A DNA stretch of 32,000 nt, taken from Cupriavidus necator. Lineage in GTDB: Bacteria; Pseudomonadota; Gammaproteobacteria; Burkholderiales; Burkholderiaceae. The notes below the pieces were generated by a model. The model made no database searches. It was not told the DNA's origin and worked only from the letters and a program-made list of their open reading frames with translations. Position numbers and translations under genes: made by a program. How positions within the stretch are numbered: the stretch's first letter is position 1; each line of letters starts with the position of its first letter. The DNA lies in contig NZ_CP066018.1 of NCBI RefSeq assembly GCF_016127575.1, positions 2,640,001 to 2,672,000 of the forward strand. Reading direction: 5' to 3'. Positions 8,968-14,746 of the stretch are shown here, one piece after another.

Positions 8968-10224
8968 ATGAGCGGCTTTCCCATGCTTCCCGATCTCTAC
9001 TTCACCGGCGGCAAGGCGACCTGGTCCGACCCGCGCCGGCTGCCGCGCGAAGGGCTGGCGCAGGCGCTGGTCGATGCGCGCAACCGCACGCTGGCGTGGC
9101 TGGCACCGTTCGGGCAGACGCGCCGCGCCTGGGACGTGCCGCATCAGTACGATGCCGATCCGCCGTTGTGGACGCTCGGGCACGTGGCCTGGCATGCGGA
9201 GTGGTGGTGCCTGCGCGGCGTGCGCCAGGTGGACCGCGGCGGCGTGCCGGTGCCGGTGGCATCTGAGCCGTCGCTGCTGGACGGCGCCGACGAGTGGTTC
9301 GACCCGGACCGCATCGGCCCCGACGAGCGCTGGGAGGTCACGCTGCCCGACGTCGCGGTGGTCAAGCGCTACGCCGGCCACGTGCTCGACGGCGTGCTGC
9401 GCCGGATTGCGCTGCTGGCCGACGACAGCGACCTGACCCTGTACCCGTACCGCCGCGCGCTGCTGCATGAAGATGCCCAGGGCGAAGGCGTGGCCGCGCT
9501 GTTGCAGGCGCTGGGCATGGCTCCCGCGGAGGCCATCGGCGCCGGTCCGGTGCAGCCTGCGGGGCATGGCGGCACCCTGCATTTCCCGGGCGGTCGCTTC
9601 ACGCTCGGCTGGAGCGATCCCGACGGCTTTGCCTGGCCCGATGAGCTGCCGCCGCAGCCCACCTACGTGCCCGCGTTTGAAATGGACATGGCGCCGGTCA
9701 GCAACGCGCAGTTTCTCGAGTTCGTCGAGGACGGCGGCTACGAGCACCCGGCGTGGTGGTCGGCAGCGGGGCGCCAGTGGCTGATGACGCAGGAACGCTC
9801 GGCGCCGCGCTACTGGTCGCGCCATCCGGAATCGCGCGCCTGGATGGTGGAGCGCTTCGGAACGCGGCGCACGCTCAATCCGGATGAGGCGGTGCGCCAT
9901 GTCACGCTGTACGAGGCGCAAGCATGGTGCGTGTGGGCGGGGCGGCGCCTGCCGGCGGAATCGGAATGGGAGCTTGCCGCGACGCAGAACCGCGGCCTGC
10001 AGTGGGGGACGCTGCGTGAGTGGACTGCCACGCCCTATGAGCCGTACGCCGGGTTTGCCGCCGCGCCGTCAGACAGCGAGGTGGTGGGGCGCTTCGGCAC
10101 GCACCAGGCGGTGCGCGGTGTGTCGTTCGCCAGCCCCGCGCGGCTGCGCCATGTGCGGGCAAGGTGGGCGCGGTTGCCGGAGGACGACCTGTCCTTCATC
10201 GGCTTTCGCACCTGCGCGCCGTAG
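8968..10224 (+). CDS. egtB: EgtB-like sulfoxide synthase (DinB-like N-domain + FGE-sulfatase fold)
   Basis: N-terminal LWTLGHVAWHAEWW (DinB-type His motif). The C-terminal domain has FAWPDELPPQ, VSNAQFLEFVEDGGY, RHVTLYEAQAWCVWAGRRLPAESEWE, EWTATPYEPYAGF, VRGVSFAS, IGFRTC. It lies next to egtD. Confidence 0.75.
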   Translation: MSGFPMLPDLYFTGGKATWSDPRRLPREGLAQALVDARNRTLAWLAPFGQTRRAWDVPHQYDADPPLWTLGHVAWHAEWWCLRGVRQVDRGGVPVPVASEPSLLDGADEWFDPDRIGPDERWEVTLPDVAVVKRYAGHVLDGVLRRIALLADDSDLTLYPYRRALLHEDAQGEGVAALLQALGMAPAEAIGAGPVQPAGHGGTLHFPGGRFTLGWSDPDGFAWPDELPPQPTYVPAFEMDMAPVSNAQFLEFVEDGGYEHPAWWSAAGRQWLMTQERSAPRYWSRHPESRAWMVERFGTRRTLNPDEAVRHVTLYEAQAWCVWAGRRLPAESEWELAATQNRGLQWGTLREWTATPYEPYAGFAAAPSDSEVVGRFGTHQAVRGVSFASPARLRHVRARWARLPEDDLSFIGFRTCAP

Positions 10225-10242
10225 CGGGCTGTACGCGACAAC

Positions 10243-10274
10243 AAAAAAGAGCACCCGAGGGTGCCCTTTCTTCT
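10243..10274. terminator. Bidirectional terminator between egtB (+) and the helicase gene (-)
   Basis: aaaaaagagcacc-cgag-ggtgccctttcttct: hairpin with one mismatch, A run upstream and T-rich run downstream. Confidence 0.55.
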
Positions 10275-10305
10275 GCCTGGCAGGTGCGCTTAGCGCACCA
10301 CCGCA

Positions 10306-12222
10306 TCAACGCTCGTAGCGCGAACGGCTGTTGCGGTTGCCGCTGCCATTGCCGCCGAAACTGCGATTGCCGTCACGGTTGCCGTCGCGGTTGCCGAAGC
10401 TGCGGCCGTCGCCGTTGCCACCGGTGTTGCCACGATAGCCGCCGCCAGTGCGGTCGCCGAAGCCACCACGGTTGTTGTCGCCAAAGCTGCGGGGGGCGGC
10501 GCCGTCGCGGTTGCCGAAACCACCGCGGTTGTCGTCGCCGAAGCTGCGGCCACCTTCGCGGTTGCCGAAGCCACGCGCACCGTCGTTGGCGCCGCGGTAG
10601 CCGGCGCCCTGGCCGCCCTGGCCCTGGCCACGGTAGCCGCCTTCACGATTGCCGAAGCCGCCGCGGTTGTCGTCACCGAACGGGCGTGCGCCTTCCGGGC
10701 GGTTGCCGAAGCCGCGGCTCTCGCCGCTGAACTTGCGCTCGCCGAAGCCGGTGCGGCTTTCGCCGCCGCCGAACTTGCGGTCGCCGAAGCTGCGTTCGCC
10801 GCCACGGTAGCCGCCGCCATTGCCGCGGAAGTCACCACGGCCGCCACCCGGCTTGCCGCCGAAGTTGGAACGCGGCTTGGGCGAACGGCGCGGCTCCAGG
10901 CCTTCGATCACCGAAGCGTCGATGCGCTGGTTGGTGAAGCGCTCGATGCGCTTCCACTGGAACATGTCGTTGTGGTTCACCAGGTTGATGGCGGTGCCCG
11001 AGCGGCCCGCGCGGCCGGTACGGCCGATGCGGTGCACGTAGTCCTCGGCCTGCTTGGGCAGGTCGAAGTTCACCACGTGGGTGATATCGGGCACGTCGAT
11101 GCCGCGCGCGGCCACGTCGGTGGCCACCAGCACGCGCAGGTTGCCGCGGCGCAGCGCGGTCAGGGTGCGGTTGCGCGCGCCCTGGGTCATGTCGCCGTGC
11201 AGCGCGCCGGCCGAAAAGCCGGTGTCGGACAGGCGCTCGGCCAGCGAATCGGCATCGCGCTTGGTCGCGGTGAAGACGATGGCTTGCTTGAGCGTCGCGT
11301 CGCGCAGCAGGTGGTCCAGCAGGCGTTCCTTGTGCGACATGTCGTCGGTGAAGTGCAGGCGCTGCTCGATATGGCTCTGGTCGGCGCGGGCCGCGGCGAT
11401 CTCGATGCGCTGCGGGTCGCGCAGCTGGCGCGAGGCCAGCTGGGCAATGCGCGCATCCAGCGTGGCCGAGAACATCAGCGTCTGGCGCGTGGCCGGGGTG
11501 GCATTGACGATGGCGTCGATGTCGTCGGCAAAGCCCATGTCGAGCATGCGGTCGGCTTCGTCGAACACCAGCATCTGCAGGGCCGACAGGTCGATGCGGC
11601 CGGCGTCGATATGGTCGAGCAGGCGGCCCGGCGTGGCCACCAGGATGTCAGGCATCTTGGCCAGCGCGGCCAGCTGCTTGGGGTAGGGCATGCCGCCCAG
11701 GATGCTGGCGCAGACGATGCGGCGCAGGTTGCGGCCGTACTTGGCGGCGGCCTCGGTCACCTGCAGGGCCAGTTCGCGCGTCGGGGTCAGCACCAGCAGT
11801 GCGGGCTGCGCCGGCGACGGGCGGGGGCGCTTGCCCTTCATGCGCTTGGCGGGCTCGGTCGCGCGCTGCGGCGCCGGCATTTCGCTGATGCGCTGGATCG
11901 CGGGCAGCATGAACGCGGCGGTCTTGCCCGAGCCGGTCTGGCTCGAGACCAGCAGGTCGCGGCCGGCCAGGAAGGCCGGGATGGCCTGGGCCTGCACCGG
12001 CGTGGGCGTGTTGTAGTTCAGTTCGGAGAGGGCGCGCAGGATGGCCGCATCGAGGCCAAGCGTGGCGAAACCGCTTTCCACGGCCGGGGCTTCTTCAACT
12101 GCCGGGCTGGGGTTGAGCAGGGCGTCGAGCTTGTCGAGCGGGCTCTGGGCAGCGTCGGAAGTGATCGAAGCGTCGGTCGCGGAGGCAATAGCTTGCTCCG
12201 CACGAATGTCGTGCTGGGTCAT
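10306..12222 (-). CDS. DEAD-box ATP-dependent RNA helicase (RhlE-like) with a 187-aa Gly/Arg/Asn-rich C-terminal tail
   Basis: Track ORF 10306..12408 trimmed to ATG 12222 (MTQHDIRAEQ...). Q motif TPTPVQ, SQTGSGKTAAF, PTRELA, DEAD (FDEADRMLDMGF), SAT, HRIGRTGRAG. Confidence 0.9.
   Translation of the reverse strand: MTQHDIRAEQAIASATDASITSDAAQSPLDKLDALLNPSPAVEEAPAVESGFATLGLDAAILRALSELNYNTPTPVQAQAIPAFLAGRDLLVSSQTGSGKTAAFMLPAIQRISEMPAPQRATEPAKRMKGKRPRPSPAQPALLVLTPTRELALQVTEAAAKYGRNLRRIVCASILGGMPYPKQLAALAKMPDILVATPGRLLDHIDAGRIDLSALQMLVFDEADRMLDMGFADDIDAIVNATPATRQTLMFSATLDARIAQLASRQLRDPQRIEIAAARADQSHIEQRLHFTDDMSHKERLLDHLLRDATLKQAIVFTATKRDADSLAERLSDTGFSAGALHGDMTQGARNRTLTALRRGNLRVLVATDVAARGIDVPDITHVVNFDLPKQAEDYVHRIGRTGRAGRSGTAINLVNHNDMFQWKRIERFTNQRIDASVIEGLEPRRSPKPRSNFGGKPGGGRGDFRGNGGGYRGGERSFGDRKFGGGESRTGFGERKFSGESRGFGNRPEGARPFGDDNRGGFGNREGGYRGQGQGGQGAGYRGANDGARGFGNREGGRSFGDDNRGGFGNRDGAAPRSFGDNNRGGFGDRTGGGYRGNTGGNGDGRSFGNRDGNRDGNRSFGGNGSGNRNSRSRYER
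10309..10869 (-). repeat. Low-complexity tandem coding repeats (RGG / FGNR(D/E)G / SFGDDNRGGFGNR units) forming the helicase tail
   Basis: The tail reads ...RGFGNRPEGARPFGDDNRGGFGNREGGYRGQ...ARGFGNREGGRSFGDDNRGGFGNRDGAAPRSFGDNNRGGFGDRTGGGYRGN...SFGNRDGNRDGNRSFGGNGSGNRN. This repetitiveness also generates the spurious ORFs 10164..10730 (+) and 10290..10847 (-). Confidence 0.85.
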
Positions 12223-12610
12223 GTCGGAATGGTCAAATAAATGCATGGCACCCCGGCAAAGCAAAATGGGGTGGGCGCAGTGCAAAGTCTTAAAAAGGCT
12301 TCGGCGCCAATCGGTGAGGCCGTTACGACAGACACAGCTGGCAGTACGGCGGCAGGCAGGGCGGTGGCTGGTCCCGCTAGGCGGTCCGGCCGTATCCCTG
12401 GCAGGCAAACAGCTCAGGTTTCAGGCTGTTCAACAGGATCGGAGACGAGGCGACGTCAGGTGAGCGGTGCGTTCTGCTGGGCGGCTGGGGCCATGAAGTG
12501 ATGACTAGGCGTCCGGCAGCGAGGAAACAGAGCTTGGGAGGGCAGCGGATTCGCCGCGGCAGGAAGCCGGGCGTTTGGCGGATCTCACAGTTGCGAAACT
12601 CACGGCGCGG

Positions 12611-12619
12611 ATTATAGCA
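12611..12619 (-). promoter_or_regulatory. Candidate extended -10 promoter (TGcTATAAT) for the helicase gene, implying a ~380-nt 5' UTR
   Basis: The minus strand reads ctgcTATAATccgcg. The -35 (TGCAAC/GCAACA at 17-18 nt) is poor. Confidence 0.35.
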
Positions 12620-12706
12620 GAGTACGGAATTTTTGTTGCACTGCGAAAACGTAACCGGATATGTCAGGCGCTCGTCACCTTCCGGACGCGCCCCGCGCCA
12701 CGCTGG

Positions 12707-12734
12707 TTGAAAGGCGAAAACCCCCGCCTATACT
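12707..12734 (+). promoter_or_regulatory. Candidate sigma70 promoter TTGAAA-16 nt-TATACT
   Basis: ggTTGAAAggcgaaaacccccgccTATACTgg. It points into a ~285-nt region with no convincing ORF that ends at the terminator at 12993-13024. Confidence 0.45.
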
Positions 12735-12740
12735 GGAGGC

Positions 12741-13024
12741 GCGAGCACACAGGATGCCCGCACGGGGCGGACGAAAACGCTCCCGCTTGACCTCCTGCAG
12801 CGGCATTGGGCCGCTGTTCGCGGCGAGCACTGCGGTCATTGACTCCACGCGCCAGACTTCCTGCGACTCTCCGGGTGGTCCGGATGGGCGTCCGCTTCAT
12901 GCATCATGGGCGGAATCATGGGAAGCCTGCCTGGAACAGAATGACCGAACTGCTGACCGCGTGACCCAGGTGGTCCGGGCCCGTCCGCATCCAAAGCCCG
13001 CCAGCGATGGCGGGCTTTTCATTT
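12741..13024 (+). ncRNA. Candidate orphan small RNA / untranslated transcript (~285 nt), bounded by a promoter-like and a terminator-like element
   Basis: Promoter at 12707-12734 and rho-independent terminator at 12993-13024. Only tiny or low-quality ORFs lie inside. Internal stem cagcgg-cattggg-ccgctg at 12798-12816. Imperfect direct repeat GGTGGTCCGG..CGTCCGC at 12874-12895 and 12969-12988. No Rfam family recognised by eye. Confidence 0.3.
12993..13024. terminator. Rho-independent terminator; strong on the + strand, probably also ends the minus-strand peptide operon
   Basis: aaagcccgcc-agcgat-ggcgggcttt followed by tcattt. On the minus strand the same stem is preceded by aaatgaaaa and followed by only TTTGG. 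It lies 25 nt past the pepA4 stop. Confidence 0.6.
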
Positions 13025-13042
13025 GGCGGTTGTGGTTGCGGT

Positions 13043-13285
13043 TCAGTCTTCTGCATCCTTGCCAGCGGCCTTGCGCGGCAGCCGCCCTAGCGGCTGCTCC
13101 TGCGGCATCACATGGCGGTTGCCCGGCAATCCGCCCGGGTAGTCGACGATGCGCGCGGTGTCCTGGCGCCGCAGGCCATGCCATGCCTGGCCGCCGGCGG
13201 TACGCCCGCCGCCCAGGATGGCGGTCATGGCCTGCCGGTCGAGATCCATGCTGTCGGGCAAATCCTTGATGACGATCACTGCCAT
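13043..13285 (-). CDS. GG-leader peptide precursor, divergent basic cargo (pepA4, my label)
   Basis: MAVIVIKDLPDSMDLDRQAMTAILGG|GRTAGGQAWHGLRRQDTARIVDYPGGLPGNRHVMPQEQPLGRLPRKAAGKDAED. The leader is in the same 26-aa register as its five paralogs (D8 L9, L15 D16, M20, I23, G25 G26). The same ccGGAGAc..ATG initiation region is used. Confidence 0.55.
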   Translation of the reverse strand: MAVIVIKDLPDSMDLDRQAMTAILGGGRTAGGQAWHGLRRQDTARIVDYPGGLPGNRHVMPQEQPLGRLPRKAAGKDAED

Positions 13286-13389
13286 GGCTGTCTCCGGTCA
13301 AGCGGCGCCACGGCCATGCGGCCGCGGGACCGCTTCAGTATAGGCGAGGCGGTCCGCGGTATTGCCCGCGGGGCCGCCGCGCGGTGCGC

Positions 13390-13662
13390 TCAGACTGCGG
13401 CGAAATTGCCGGCCCATTGCGACGGGTTGACGTTGACGCGCACCGGGCCGAAGTCGGGGCCGACGATGCTGTTGTTGAGCGTGTTGACGTTGATGCTCTG
13501 CAGCTGCGCGATGTTCTGGTTGACGTTGACGGTGACGTTGGCCAGCGGGCCGACGCTGCCGACACCGCGGCTGAGCCACGAGTTGCCGCCGCGTACGGCG
13601 CACAGCGAGGCACGGTCGAGTTCTTTGCTCAGGGCGAGATCGCGGACGAGGATCGATGACAT
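13390..13662 (-). CDS. GG-leader peptide precursor, divergent Asn/Val-repeat cargo (pepA3)
   Basis: MSSILVRDLALSKELDRASLCAVRGG|NSWLSRGVGSVGPLANVTVNVNQNIAQLQSINVNTLNNSIVGPDFGPVRVNVNPSQWAGNFAAV. Good RBS (aaaggagcaccaccATG). Leader in the family register. Confidence 0.7.
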   Translation of the reverse strand: MSSILVRDLALSKELDRASLCAVRGGNSWLSRGVGSVGPLANVTVNVNQNIAQLQSINVNTLNNSIVGPDFGPVRVNVNPSQWAGNFAAV

Positions 13663-13696
13663 GGTGGTGCTCCTTTGAGTCGGGTGCCGGGGGCGG

Positions 13697-13728
13697 CTGG
13701 CGCGGAGATTGCAGCATCTGCGCGCCAG
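13697..13728 (-). other. Strong intercistronic hairpin between pepA2 and pepA3 (13-bp stem, one mismatch, 6-nt loop; no U tract)
   Basis: Plus strand: ctggcgcggagat-tgcagc-atctgcgcgccag. Confidence 0.4.
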
Positions 13729-13744
13729 CAGTGGCCAGGGCGTA

Positions 13745-14014
13745 TCAGCCGAAGATGTTGTTGGTGGCGTTCTGGTTGGTGTGCACGTCGGACTTGACGT
13801 GGTCCAGGAAGGCCGAGCCGTTGCCGTTCAGGTTGGTCACGGTCTGCATCTGCGCGATGCTTTGCGTGGCGTTGATGCTGTTGTCCAGCGACAGCCTGAT
13901 CGGCGTGTAGACGGCGGCGAAGGGCAGGTAGGCCAGGCCGCCGCGCACGGCGTGCATGCGCTTGCTGTCGAGGGTTTCGGCGGCGGGCAGGTCCTTGATG
14001 GTCAGCGTGGTCAT
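13745..14014 (-). CDS. GG-leader peptide precursor (pepA2)
   Basis: MTTLTIKDLPAAETLDSKRMHAVRGG|LAYLPFAAVYTPIRLSLDNSINATQSIAQMQTVTNLNGNGSAFLDHVKSDVHTNQNATNNIFG. 89 aa; hydrophobic residues at -4, -7, -12 relative to the GG. Confidence 0.8.
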   Translation of the reverse strand: MTTLTIKDLPAAETLDSKRMHAVRGGLAYLPFAAVYTPIRLSLDNSINATQSIAQMQTVTNLNGNGSAFLDHVKSDVHTNQNATNNIFG

Positions 14015-14068
14015 GATGGTCTCCGGTATCGGTCAGTGCGTGGGTGTGGGTGGCTGGGGCGCGTGGGC

Positions 14069-14338
14069 TCAGCCGTAGATGTTGTTGCTGGCGTTCTGGT
14101 TGGTATCCACATGCGAACGGACATGGTCCAGGAAGGCCGAGCCGTTGCCGTTCATGTTGGTGACGGTCTGCATCTGGGCGATTTCCTGCACGGCCTTGAT
14201 GCTGCTGTCGAACGACAGCTTCACCGGGCTGTAGACCGCGGCGAACGGCATGTAGGCCAGGCCGCCGCGTACGGCGTGCATGCCCTTGCGGTCCAGGGTT
14301 TCGGTGGAGGACAGGTCCTTGATGGTCAGCGTGGTCAT
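14069..14338 (-). CDS. GG-leader peptide precursor (pepA1)
   Basis: MTTLTIKDLSSTETLDRKGMHAVRGG|LAYMPFAAVYSPVKLSFDSSIKAVQEIAQMQTVTNMNGNGSAFLDHVRSHVDTNQNASNNIYG. First gene behind the sigma54 promoter. SD-like GGAG lies 7 nt before the ATG. Confidence 0.8.
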   Translation of the reverse strand: MTTLTIKDLSSTETLDRKGMHAVRGGLAYMPFAAVYSPVKLSFDSSIKAVQEIAQMQTVTNMNGNGSAFLDHVRSHVDTNQNASNNIYG

Positions 14339-14417
14339 GATGGTCTCCGGTAGAGGAAGGTACTGCCTTGGGTCTGGTTTCGAGCATCGGGTTGGTGTCG
14401 CGCTCGGGAGGTACTAA

Positions 14418-14433
14418 CGCAGGGACTGTGCCA
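14418..14433 (-). promoter_or_regulatory. Sigma54 (-24/-12) promoter of the pepA1-A4 operon
   Basis: The minus strand reads caTTGGCACAGTCCCTGCGTTag, i.e. TGGCAC-N5-CTGC with correct GG-N10-GC spacing. It is ~95 nt upstream of the pepA1 ATG and near-identical to the element at 19493-19508. Confidence 0.75.
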
Positions 14434-14464
14434 ATGCCGTTGCCGGTCCCGACCAGTCACGCGC

Positions 14465-14483
14465 AACTGCCTGAAAACACGGG
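14465..14483 (-). promoter_or_regulatory. Conserved upstream element (candidate enhancer/UAS or IHF-type site) of the sigma54 promoter, copy A
   Basis: Minus strand CCCGTGTTTTCAGGCAGTT, 31 nt upstream of TGGCAC and preceded by the A/T-rich gaaaataaat. It matches 17/19 with copy B at the same spacing. Confidence 0.35.
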
Positions 14484-14665
14484 CGATTTATTTTCGATGT
14501 CGGCTTGCGGGCACTGGCTGCGGGCGCTGCCGCATGCTACGGGTGACGGGCCGCGGCCAACAGGCGGCGTGCCGGTGTTGGCGCGGCCGCGACAGTGGCG
14601 CGCCAAAGGCGATGCGATTGGCAGGGGGCGCCCGCGCGCGGCGTTGCACGCCGGCTTCGCATGGT

Positions 14666-14694
14666 TTGCGCATGCCTTGGGTGCGCACTAGTAT
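14666..14694 (+). promoter_or_regulatory. Candidate sigma70 promoter of the kinase gene (TTGCGC-17 nt-TAGTAT)
   Basis: tTTGCGCatgccttgggtgcgcacTAGTATcc, ~50 nt upstream of ATG 14747. Confidence 0.3.
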
Positions 14695-14746
14695 CCATCT
14701 CGAAGGCAGGCATATCCGCATCGTGGGATGCGCCGTGCCAGCAACC

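Noticed and set aside
10164-10847. Cys/Arg-rich 188-aa (+) ORF and Ala-rich 185-aa (-) ORF that look like repetitive proteins.
   Set aside because: They are alternative frames of the RGG-repeat tract of the helicase gene. The helicase frame is continuous with canonical DEAD-box motifs.
12661-13269. 202-aa (+) ORF and 134-aa (-) ORF 12897..13301 covering the sRNA candidate and pepA4.
   Set aside because: They have no RBS and low-complexity Arg/Pro/Ala composition. The 202-aa ORF runs straight through a strong terminator hairpin. The 134-aa ORF overlaps pepA4 out of frame.
13656-13910. Hydrophobic antisense ORFs opposite the peptide genes (MLLVAFWLVCTSD...; also 19572..19847(-) and 19763..20161(-)), which could be mistaken for conserved small membrane immunity proteins.
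   Set aside because: Their conservation is an automatic consequence of the conserved sense strand. They lack promoters and RBSs. The sense frames have sigma54 promoters, GGAG Shine-Dalgarno sites and a GG-leader pattern. Kept only as a remote possibility.
14434-14746. Upstream part of the kinase track ORF (14534..14746) and ORF 14368..14691 as possible coding sequence.
   Set aside because: The composition is Arg/Gly/Ala-rich with no motifs. The region holds the divergent control elements (sigma54 promoter and upstream element for pepA, a sigma70-like promoter for the kinase). The kinase N-terminal region begins plausibly at M72.
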